From the NCBI GenBank assembly GCA_963704165.1, contig CAVPHD010000010.1, forward strand, positions 32,001 to 96,000: a DNA stretch of 64,000 nt, in the 5' to 3' direction. A program made the position numbers and the translations under genes. How positions within the stretch are numbered: position 1 is the stretch's first letter; each line of letters opens with the position of its first letter. This document shows positions 9,565-18,392 of this stretch, one piece after another. The notes under the pieces were generated by a model that saw nothing but the letters and a program-made list of their open reading frames with translations, did not search any database and was not told where the DNA came from. This DNA comes from an uncultured delta proteobacterium. Lineage in GTDB: Bacteria > Myxococcota_A > UBA9160 > SZUA-336.

Positions 9565-10626
9565 GTGAGCTTGCGATCGACCCTCCGATCCGCGCTGGTT
9601 CGGTCCGCCGCCGTCGGTCTCGGACTCGGCATCGGCCTGGTCGCGGCGGAGCTCGCGCTGCGCATCGTCGCGCCGCAGGAGAAATCCTGGCTCGACATCT
9701 ATCGCGTCGATCCGGTGCTGCCCCTCGTCTCGCTCGCCCCGAACGTCTCGACGACGGTCGAGACCGGCGAGAGCCGCTGGCACGTCCAGACGGACGCGGG
9801 CGGCCATCGCGTCGGCCGCGCGGGGCCCGCGGATCCCTCGGGCCGGTCGCTGCTCGTGCTCGGTGACTCGTTCGCGTTCGGGCACGGCGTCGACTTCGAG
9901 GAATCGTTTCCGGCGCTGGTCACCCAAGAGCTCGACGGTGGATTCCGACTCGTCAACACGGGCGTGCCGGGATTCGGTCCGGTCCAGTACCGCCAGATCC
10001 TCGAGTCGATGCTCGAATCGGGCGAGCGCCCGTCGGCGATCCTGCTGAGTCTCTATCTCGGCAACGACTTCCTCGACTGCATCTGGAACAAGCGCGTGCA
10101 GGTCGTCGACGGAACCATGGTCGAGGAGTCGGGTCGGCTTCGGACCTGGCTGAAATTCAACCTCCACGCGTACCGCCTGGCGAGCAAGGTCTATCAGCGC
10201 GCGCTCGCATGGAGCCGACCGGGCCGGAACCCCGAAGAAGCGCTCTTCGATCCCGAGGCCTGGCGAAGCGGCGATCCCGCGCGGGCGTTCGAGATCTTCA
10301 GGACGGAGCTCGCCCGGATCGGCGAGCTCGCGCGCGCAGCCGGAGTTCCGATTCTCGCGGTGGTGATTCCGAAGGAGACGTCGCTCTTGCACGCCTCGGC
10401 ACCCGCGAACGCGGAGCTCGACTACGGTCTGCCGCTCGCGAAGGCCACGCAGGCGCTCGACGCCTCGGACATTCCGTACGTCGATCTGACCGAGGCGCTG
10501 CGAATGCTCGGCGCCCGCGAGGCGTACTTCGCGCGCGACGGCCATCTGACGCGGCCCGGCAACCGCGAAGCCGCCGCCGAGATCGTCCGCGCCCTGAGCG
10601 CGCTGCTCGCCGCGCCGGCGAGCTAG
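9565..10626 (+). CDS. SGNH/GDSL-family protein (AlgJ/AlgX-like O-acyltransferase candidate)
   Basis: N-terminal TM helix; LGDSF, NTGVPG, YLGNDF and RDGHL motifs. Confidence 0.8.
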   Translation: MSLRSTLRSALVRSAAVGLGLGIGLVAAELALRIVAPQEKSWLDIYRVDPVLPLVSLAPNVSTTVETGESRWHVQTDAGGHRVGRAGPADPSGRSLLVLGDSFAFGHGVDFEESFPALVTQELDGGFRLVNTGVPGFGPVQYRQILESMLESGERPSAILLSLYLGNDFLDCIWNKRVQVVDGTMVEESGRLRTWLKFNLHAYRLASKVYQRALAWSRPGRNPEEALFDPEAWRSGDPARAFEIFRTELARIGELARAAGVPILAVVIPKETSLLHASAPANAELDYGLPLAKATQALDASDIPYVDLTEALRMLGAREAYFARDGHLTRPGNREAAAEIVRALSALLAAPAS

Positions 10627-11804
10627 AAGAGCTGCCGCTCGAGCTCGCTCGCGATCGTCCGCGCGATGACTCGCGCTCCGTTCTCGTTGAAGTGGATCCC
10701 GTCGTAGTAGAGATCCTCGCGCTCTCCGAGCAGCGCGGGGAGGTCGATGAACGCGACCTTCTCGCGGCTCGCGACCTCGCGCATCCGGTCGTTGAACTTC
10801 GCGAGCAGCGAGAGCATGTCGTCGGGGCTGAGATAGGACGTGCCGCCGTCCATCGCGCCCATCCAGAGCTTGTCGAGATCCGCGTCCTTCGAGAAACGGC
10901 TCTGGATCAGCTGGGCCACGAAGACGGGCTCGGTATTCGCGCGCCGCGCGGCCGCGATGAAACGCTCGAGATTCGCACCGTACGCGTCGAGCGCGAGCGG
11001 CAGGGTCTCGAGCTTCGCGTTCGGAACCTGCTTCTTCTCGATCGCCGCGCGCTTGGCGCGTTGGTCCTCCATCCAGCGGAGTTCCGCGTCCTGCTCGATC
11101 CGCCCTTCCTCGCGTTGCCTCGCGATCAGCAGCGACTTCACCCTGCTCTTCAGCGCGCTCGCGCGCTTCCACGTTTCGAGGCGCTTGTACCAGGGCCAGT
11201 GATCCGGTGTGTACCGACTCACTCGAAATGCCTCACCGAGCCGCCCTTCCCAATGACTCGGGTCGTCCAGGTACTTCGGATCGAAGCTCTCCGCGTAGAG
11301 CCAGGCTCCCATGTCGTTCAGGCCGGAATAGAGCAGCACGTAGTCGAGGTCCGGGATCTCCGGAAGCAGGTAGAGCGCGTGCATCAGATGGTGCTGGCTG
11401 TTGTGCCCGTCGATCGCGGCATTGCCGACCCAGTACGCCTTGGGATCGTTCGCGTCCTCGTCGAGGTAGCGCATCAGCAGCGCGGGCCAGGTCTCGGCGT
11501 CGTCGAGCACCGTGCAGGCGGTCGTGCTCCCACCCACCGTCAGGATTCGCACCCGCTCGCCGTCCGGCTCCGGCCCGCGCGTGCCGAAGCTGTTCGTCGA
11601 GAAGTAGGAGACACCGGAGACCCCCGGAGTGATCGCCTCCGATGGGTGGAAGACCTCGAGCGCGTTGCGGTGGTAGGGATAGAAGCTCTGGGGGTCCCGC
11701 AGCCACCGGAGGGCGCCCTCGAGAGCCACGAAGCAGAGCAGGCTCGAGACGACGAGCAGGGCCAGCGACAGAAGACCGGAAGCGAGTCGCGACCGCCCGG
11801 TCAC
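10623..11804 (-). CDS. SGNH/GDSL-family protein
   Basis: TM anchor; VGGSTT, GNAAIDG, SGLNDM and YDGIHF motifs; GTG at 11804 overlaps the stop of the adenylation gene. Confidence 0.8.
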   Translation of the reverse strand: MTGRSRLASGLLSLALLVVSSLLCFVALEGALRWLRDPQSFYPYHRNALEVFHPSEAITPGVSGVSYFSTNSFGTRGPEPDGERVRILTVGGSTTACTVLDDAETWPALLMRYLDEDANDPKAYWVGNAAIDGHNSQHHLMHALYLLPEIPDLDYVLLYSGLNDMGAWLYAESFDPKYLDDPSHWEGRLGEAFRVSRYTPDHWPWYKRLETWKRASALKSRVKSLLIARQREEGRIEQDAELRWMEDQRAKRAAIEKKQVPNAKLETLPLALDAYGANLERFIAAARRANTEPVFVAQLIQSRFSKDADLDKLWMGAMDGGTSYLSPDDMLSLLAKFNDRMREVASREKVAFIDLPALLGEREDLYYDGIHFNENGARVIARTIASELERQLF

Positions 11805-13426
11805 GAAGAGGACTCCGACGCGAGCGTCGCGAGCAGCGCGCCGCGATCGATCTTTCCGTTCGCGTTCAGCGGGAACACCGAGACGAGGCGTAGCTCGCGG
11901 GGCACCATGTAGCTCGGCAGCCGGGCCTTCAGCCGTTCGAGGATCGGATCGAGGTCGAGTTCGTCGGCGCCGAGAAATGCGACCACGCCGTCGGCGCCGC
12001 CGGCGTTTCGCGGCCAACCGACCGCGATCGCCGCATCGATTCCCGCCTCTTCGCGCAAGGCGGCCTCGATCTCGCCGAGCTCGACGCGATAGCCCTGGAT
12101 CTTGATCTGGTTGTCGATGCGCCCGAGGTAGACGAGCGGCTCGTCGCGATTCGGACGTCGCACGCGATCGCCGGTGCGGTAGAAGACCCGGTCACGGCCC
12201 GGAGGAACGACGAAGGCGGCCCGCGTGCGCTCGGCATCGTGCCAGTAGCCGAGCGAGAGCTGGGGGCCGGTCATGAGCAGCTCGCCGATCTCGCCCGGCG
12301 CGACCTCGACCTGCGACTCGTCGGCGACGAGCACCTCCATCTCCGGAAACGGCGCTCCGATCGGTACCACGCCCTGCTCGCACTCTCCGGGCGAGCGATC
12401 GGCGTCCCAGCGGTAGAGCGTGCACGCGATCGTCAGCTCGGTCGGTCCGTACAGGTTCTCGACGATCGAATTCGGCGCGGCACCGGCCCAGGCACGCGCG
12501 ACCTCGATCGGCAGCGCCTCGCCGCAGAAGAGGCTCACGCGCAGGTTCGGGAACGCGTCGGGCTTCAGCTTGCGGAGCTTGGCGAGCAGCATCCCCGTGG
12601 ACGGCACCGAGAACCAGATCGTGAGCCGCGATTCGTTGATGAACGATGCCGGCACGAGCTTCGTCTTCTGCGACGGAACGCAGACGCACGCGCCGCGTTG
12701 CCACGCGACGAAAATGTCGAAGGCCGAGAGGTCGAAGGTCAGGTCGAACATCTGCGAGAACCGATCGCTCTCGCGAACTCCGTACCGCTCCACCATCGCG
12801 TCCACCACGTGACCGACGTTGGCTTGCGACACCATCACGCCCTTGGGGTCGCCCGTGCTACCCGACGTGAAGAGCAGGTAGGCGAGCGCATCCGCGGACA
12901 CGGCCCGCGGCACGAAGGCCGGGAGCGCGTCGTCCGAACGGACGATCTCGAAGCGGTGCATCGGCCAGCGCGCGCGGAGCTCGGCCGCGGGCGACGCCGC
13001 AGGCAGGACGAGCACGAGCGGCCGTGACACGTTCGCGAGCACCGCCTCGAGCTCGCTCATGGCGTTCCCATCGACGATCACGTCGCGGCAGCCGGAGCGC
13101 TCGAGCATCCGCGCGCTGCGTTCGGCGGGAAAGGCGGGATTGAGCGGCACGTAGCCGTGCCCGCGAAGCAGCGCGGCCAGGATGCCGGCGAAGGCCAGCT
13201 CCGATCGGTGCCCGAAGACGGCGGTCAGCGGCGGATCGGAGCTCGCGGAGATCTCCTCGAGCATCCCGGCCAGGTTCGACGCCGTGCGGTACAGGCCCGC
13301 GTAGCTGAGCTCTCGCCCGTCGATCTCGAGCGCGGGCCGCTCACCGTGGCGCTCGAACGCGTCCACGAACCTCGATGCCAGGCCGCGCATCACGACACCG
13401 GCGCCGACGACGGCCTTTCGCGCCAC
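11801..13426 (-). CDS. stand-alone amino acid adenylation enzyme (DltA-like)
   Basis: A-domain cores AYLLFTSGSTGDPKGV, FDLS, LFCGE, NLYGPTE, YRTGD, GRIDNQIKIQGYRVELGEIE, LPSYMVP and NGKIDR. Confidence 0.9.
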   Translation of the reverse strand: MARKAVVGAGVVMRGLASRFVDAFERHGERPALEIDGRELSYAGLYRTASNLAGMLEEISASSDPPLTAVFGHRSELAFAGILAALLRGHGYVPLNPAFPAERSARMLERSGCRDVIVDGNAMSELEAVLANVSRPLVLVLPAASPAAELRARWPMHRFEIVRSDDALPAFVPRAVSADALAYLLFTSGSTGDPKGVMVSQANVGHVVDAMVERYGVRESDRFSQMFDLTFDLSAFDIFVAWQRGACVCVPSQKTKLVPASFINESRLTIWFSVPSTGMLLAKLRKLKPDAFPNLRVSLFCGEALPIEVARAWAGAAPNSIVENLYGPTELTIACTLYRWDADRSPGECEQGVVPIGAPFPEMEVLVADESQVEVAPGEIGELLMTGPQLSLGYWHDAERTRAAFVVPPGRDRVFYRTGDRVRRPNRDEPLVYLGRIDNQIKIQGYRVELGEIEAALREEAGIDAAIAVGWPRNAGGADGVVAFLGADELDLDPILERLKARLPSYMVPRELRLVSVFPLNANGKIDRGALLATLASESSS

Positions 13427-13601
13427 GATCGATCCCGAATCCCGTCACGCTCGATCATTTTCTCTCCCGAACCCTCGTGCGCGGGCGCACGTTCATGTAC
13501 CCGATCTGCGGTACATCGACCACAGCGGGTGCGCGCGAAAGACGATGGTAGGATCGTCAGCCATTCCGGAGTGAAGGCCGAGCGAGAGGCGGGCGATCGC
13601 G

Positions 13602-15207
13602 GTGAACTTCGACTCACTCCAGTACCTGCTCTTCCTGCCGGCGGTCTACACGCTGTATCGGCTGCTGCCGCACCTCGGGCAGAACCGCATGTTGCTCGTC
13701 GCCAGCTACTTCTTCTACGGCTGCTGGGACGTCCGATTCCTGTCGCTGATCATGCTCTCGACGGCGTTCGACTACGCGAGCGCCCTGATGATCGATCGCG
13801 GCGCGCTCGAGCGCCGGCAGGGATTCGCGGCCGCGGCCTGGGCCGTGCTGGGGATGGTCGTCTTCGTGGCGATCGACTGGCCGCAGGTCTTCGCTCCCGA
13901 TTCCACCGGCAGCGTTCTGACGCGCACCGGCGTTCTCGCGTCGCTGGCCGTCGCTTCGGTCTGCGTCGTCGCCGCCGCGGGCTACGGGCGTTTCACGGCG
14001 CTTCCCGAGCGAACCCGGCGCCGCGCTGCGCTCGTGGCGAGCCTCGTCGTGGACCTCGGCGTGCTCGGGTTCTTCAAGTACTTCAACTTCTTCGTCGGAA
14101 GCCTCGAGGAGCTTTTCCGGGACTTCGGCGTTTCGGCCGCGCACTGGCATCTCGACGTGGTGCTCCCGGTCGGGATCTCGTTCTACACGTTCCAGACGAT
14201 GAGCTACACGATCGACGTCTATCGCGGTCGCCTCCGCGCCACCGACAGCCTCCTCGACTTCGCGCTCTTCGTGTCCTTCTTTCCGCAGCTCGTGGCGGGC
14301 CCGATCGAGCGCGCCACGCATCTCCTGCCCGCGCTCGTCGGCACGCGACGCGTGCGCCTCGATTCCGTCGACGCGCGGCCTCTACCTGATCCTGCTCGGG
14401 CTCTTCAAGAAGGTCGCGATCGCGAACGGCGTGGCCCAGTCGGTCGACTCGATCTACAACTCGACGCATGCCGCCAGCGCCGGCGACGTCGCGCTCGCCA
14501 CGGCGCTCTTCGCGATCCAGATCTACTGCGACTTCTCCGGCTACACCGACATCGCGCGCGGCAGCGCGAAGCTCCTCGGCATCGATCTGATCGAGAACTT
14601 CCGGCAGCCGTACTTCTCGACCAACCCGAGCGAGTTCTGGCGGCGCTGGCACATCAGCCTCTCGACCTGGCTGCGCGACTACCTCTACATCCCGCTCGGC
14701 GGAAACCGCGGCGGCGGCGTCGCGACCTACCGCAACCTGATGCTGACGATGCTGCTCGGCGGGCTCTGGCACGGCGCCGCCTGGAACTTCGTCCTCTGGG
14801 GCGCGTTTCACGGCGGAATTCTCTGCGTCCATCGGCTCGCGAGCGGCGGGCGCGTGGCGGCGCGCGGCAGCTGGCACTACCCGAAGATGCTCCTCTTCTT
14901 TGCCCTCACCTGCTACGGCTGGCTGCTCTTCCGCGCGAACTCGTTCGAGCAGATCGCGTCGTTCACGCAGACGCTCGTGACCGGCGCGAATGCGTTATCG
15001 CTCTCGATCCACCCTCCGACGTTCGCGGCGTTGATCGGCCTGCCCGTCCTGTTCCTGCTCGAAGCCTTCGAGTACGCACGCGGCGACCATCTCCACTACC
15101 GCGGCCTTCCGCCGTGGGCGAGAGGCGCGCTCTACGCGGCGTTGATCTTCGTGATCCTCCTCGGCACCAGCAATGAACCCACCCAATTCATCTACTTCCA
15201 GTTCTGA
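13602..15207 (+). CDS. MBOAT family O-acyltransferase (AlgI/DltB-like), one apparent frameshift near 14370
   Basis: LPVGISFYTFQ and FFPQLVAGPIER, then in the +1 frame GLFKKV, QIYCDFSGYTDIARG, FWRRWHISLS, GGLWHGAAWNF and C-terminal FIYFQF. Confidence 0.9.
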
Positions 15208-16327
15208 GCCCGCGTTCCGCGCGCAGCTTCGCGACCTGGTCTCGGTCGTCGCGTGGAGCCTCGCGTGGCTTCTGGCGATCGACGTCGGTCTCGGCCTCTG
15301 GCTCGGGGATCCACCGCGTGGACCCGCACGAGTCGAAGGCCAGCTGCAGCGCTACTTCGAGTACGGACGCTCCACCGAGGGCAAGATCCGCGCGATGATC
15401 GGCGCTTCGGACGATCTCACGCATCCGCTCGCCCTCTCGGGCTGGATCGAGCCGCCGAAGGATCAGCCCCGCACCCCGCCGGAGGGCAGCGAGCGACTCG
15501 TCGCGGTGTACGGCATGTCGTTCAGCGCCAATGCCGCGCTGGCGATGCACGAGCAGGATCCGACGCTCGCGGTGCGGAACGCCGGCGGACCCGGCGCCAC
15601 CCTCGCCCACTCCTACGCGATGTACCTGCGCGACCGAAGCGAGCACGACGCGAGCGTGATCGTGCTCGCCGTGCTCGCGTCGAGCTTTCCGAGCCTCTCG
15701 ACGCTCACGCACGCGACCTGGAACTTCGAAGCGCCGTCGCCGCACTTCTACCCGAGGTTCACGCTCGACGACGGCGCGCTGGCCTCGATCTCGGCGCCGA
15801 TCGACTCACTCGACGATCTCCGTGGCGCGCTCGCGGACTCCGAACGTTTCGACGAGCTCGTGCACGTGCTCGAGCGAGACGACGTGTTCTACGACCCGCT
15901 CGTCTTCCGGGAATCACGGCTCGACGGCTCCGTGATCGCGCGAACGATCCGCCGCGCATGGGGGCAACGCGCGAAGCGTGCGACGATCGGCCGCTTCCAC
16001 GACGCGCACGGCTTCACCAACGACCTCGACGCGGTCGAGATCGCGCGTGCGATCGTGCGCGAGTTCGTCACTCGGGTCCGCGCCGACGCGAAGCTCCCCG
16101 TCCTGCTCCTGATCCACGACCAGGGCTACGCCGACCATCTCTTCCTGGCCCTTCGCCCGGTGATCGGGGAAACCGGCGTGGACTTCGTCAGCACCCACGA
16201 GATCGCGCCTGCGATGGACGGTTCGAACTTCGTCCGCGACGGGCATTTCACGCACGCGAACGATCTCCGAATCGGGAAGGCGCTCGGCGACGTGATCCAC
16301 CGGGCGTCGCCACTTCCGCCTCGCTAG
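15173..16327 (+). CDS. SGNH-like membrane-anchored protein partnering the MBOAT (AlgJ/DltD-like)
   Basis: Starts inside the MBOAT 3' end; TM helix; YGMSF and RDGHF motifs. Confidence 0.65.
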   Translation: MNPPNSSTSSSEPAFRAQLRDLVSVVAWSLAWLLAIDVGLGLWLGDPPRGPARVEGQLQRYFEYGRSTEGKIRAMIGASDDLTHPLALSGWIEPPKDQPRTPPEGSERLVAVYGMSFSANAALAMHEQDPTLAVRNAGGPGATLAHSYAMYLRDRSEHDASVIVLAVLASSFPSLSTLTHATWNFEAPSPHFYPRFTLDDGALASISAPIDSLDDLRGALADSERFDELVHVLERDDVFYDPLVFRESRLDGSVIARTIRRAWGQRAKRATIGRFHDAHGFTNDLDAVEIARAIVREFVTRVRADAKLPVLLLIHDQGYADHLFLALRPVIGETGVDFVSTHEIAPAMDGSNFVRDGHFTHANDLRIGKALGDVIHRASPLPPR

Positions 16328-16427
16328 CCGCCGTCACGTCCTGCGGCGATATCAGTGACCGCGACCCGAATTCGAGTGCAGTGCACTTCGTGCGCAGAAT
16401 CCTCGAGCGAACGTCGATACCGACGCC

Positions 16428-18392
16428 ATGAAGCAGAGGCTTCGAGTACTCCTCGGTGCCGCGCGAGGGCTCTGGCCGAGCCGCGCCGACTTCGGCTCCG
16501 CCGCATCGTCCGGCGTCGAGTCGCTGCTTCTCGACGGTGCGAAACGCATGGGCATCGTCCTCTTCGTCGCGATCACGATCGTCGACACGCTGGCCGTGGC
16601 CTCGGGCCTGGCGGACCTCCACGCGACGCTGCTCTACGACGGACTGACGCTTCTCGGTGTCGCCGTCGCCGGCGCGTCCACCCGGATCGCGAAACACTTT
16701 CCCGAGCTCCCGCTCTTCGCGATGGCGACCGTGCTCAACATCTCGTTGATCTTCGGAGTTGCGACTCTGAACGCCGGCCACCACGAGGTCGGCCTGCTCT
16801 GCGTGGCGGTGCCCATCGGCGTCGCCGCGTTCGCGCCGCTCCATCCGCTGCTGATGATCGCGCTCGGGATCGAAGTGGTCGCGTTGCTGCCGTTCGCCGA
16901 ACGAATCGCGCCGCCCGGCTGGTCGCTCGATTCGCCGATCGTCGCCGCGCTCGCGATCGCGATCGCCGGGATGGGCGCATCGGCGTCACGCAGTCAACGC
17001 GCGGTCTGGGCGCGCTTTGGCGACGCACACGAACGCGCGCTCCAATCGACGCGGACGAAGTCCGAGTTCCTGGCCAACATGAGCCACGAGATCCGGTCGC
17101 CGATGACCGCGATCCTGGGATTCGCCGACGAGCTCGAGCGGAAGATCGCGGTCCTGCACGCCGACGCCGAGACGCTCGAGGCGCTGCACACGATCCAGCG
17201 CAACGGCGCTCACCTTCTCGATCTGATCAACCGGATCCTCGACCTGTCGAAGGTCGAGGCGGGCAAGCTCCCCGTGCTCTCCGCGCCGTGTTCGCCGGCT
17301 TCGATCGTGCGCGAAGTCGTGCAGCTTCTCGGGCCGCAGGCGCGCACCAAGGGAGTTCGTCTCGAGACACGCTGCGACGGGCCGATCCCGGGTGCGATCG
17401 CGAGCGACGCGAGCCGTCTGCGCCAGATCCTGACCAATCTGATCCAGAATGCGATCAAGTTCACCGACAGCGGCGAGATCCGCGTGGTGTCGCGACTCGT
17501 CGCAAATGGTTCCGCATCCGAGCCGTGGCTCGAGATCTCGGTCGAGGACACCGGTATCGGCATCGCGACCGAGGATCGGCACGCGATCTTCGAGCCGTTC
17601 ACGCAGCTCCACGATGCATCGGTGCACGCGCAGCCCGGCACCGGGCTCGGTCTCTCGCTCTCGCGTCGTCTCGCGCGGCTGCTCGGCGGCGATCTCGTGC
17701 TGGCGAGCGAGATCGGTCGCGGCAGTCGGTTCACGGTTCGTGTACCCGCAACTCCGATCGCCGAGTTCGAGTCCGCGGGACCGGACTGCAGCGCTCTGGA
17801 ACCGAAACCCGACGTGCGCGTGAGCGGTCGCATCCTGATCGCCGAGGACGGCGTGGACAATCGGCGTCTGCTTCGGGCGATGCTGGCCAGCGCCGGGCTC
17901 GAGGTCGAGCTGGTCGAGAATGGCGAGCAGGCGTGTCAGCGAGCCAGCGAGGCTCAGCGACTCGATCGACCCTTCGATGTGTTGTTGATGGATATTCAAA
18001 TGCCGATCCTCGACGGCTATGCCGCAACGCGTCGCCTGCGAGCCGAGGGTTATCCCGGTGCGATCATCGCGCTCACGGCCCGTGCGATGGTCGGTGATCG
18101 CGAACGCTGCCTCGAAGCGGGCTTCGATGACTACGCGAGCAAGCCGATCGTCCGCTCCGACCTGATCGCGCGGATCTCCGGATCGATCGCGAAGTCGCGG
18201 GGCGTAATCCCCAGCCGACTGAGCCGGACCGATTTCCAGACTGAGAAGCTCGGAAATCCCAGGATCGATGCGCGTATCCACGTCGTCGGCCTGATAGGAT
18301 TGTGTCCGTGCGAGGTGACGGGGAACTTCGCGGCAGCTCGAAGAAGTCCCAGAAGAAGAAGGGACCCTCACGCGGCCAACGGTTCACGCTGA
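16428..18392 (+). CDS. hybrid sensor histidine kinase/response regulator with polytopic N-terminus
   Basis: H-box EFLANMSHEIRSPM, NLIQNAIKFT, DTGIGI, GTGLGL; receiver IAEDG..LMDIQMP..DG..SKP. True stop is probably TAA 18205-18207 if one G of the GGGG run is spurious. Confidence 0.9.
   Translation: MKQRLRVLLGAARGLWPSRADFGSAASSGVESLLLDGAKRMGIVLFVAITIVDTLAVASGLADLHATLLYDGLTLLGVAVAGASTRIAKHFPELPLFAMATVLNISLIFGVATLNAGHHEVGLLCVAVPIGVAAFAPLHPLLMIALGIEVVALLPFAERIAPPGWSLDSPIVAALAIAIAGMGASASRSQRAVWARFGDAHERALQSTRTKSEFLANMSHEIRSPMTAILGFADELERKIAVLHADAETLEALHTIQRNGAHLLDLINRILDLSKVEAGKLPVLSAPCSPASIVREVVQLLGPQARTKGVRLETRCDGPIPGAIASDASRLRQILTNLIQNAIKFTDSGEIRVVSRLVANGSASEPWLEISVEDTGIGIATEDRHAIFEPFTQLHDASVHAQPGTGLGLSLSRRLARLLGGDLVLASEIGRGSRFTVRVPATPIAEFESAGPDCSALEPKPDVRVSGRILIAEDGVDNRRLLRAMLASAGLEVELVENGEQACQRASEAQRLDRPFDVLLMDIQMPILDGYAATRRLRAEGYPGAIIALTARAMVGDRERCLEAGFDDYASKPIVRSDLIARISGSIAKSRGVIPSRLSRTDFQTEKLGNPRIDARIHVVGLIGLCPCEVTGNFAAARRSPRRRRDPHAANGSR

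Noticed and set aside
988..13426. Conventional NRPS/PKS secondary-metabolite cluster
   Set aside because: No condensation, ketosynthase or thioesterase domains are present in the window.
18208..18392. C-terminal extension of the kinase overlapping the next gene
   Set aside because: Probably read-through from one extra G before TAA 18205-18207.
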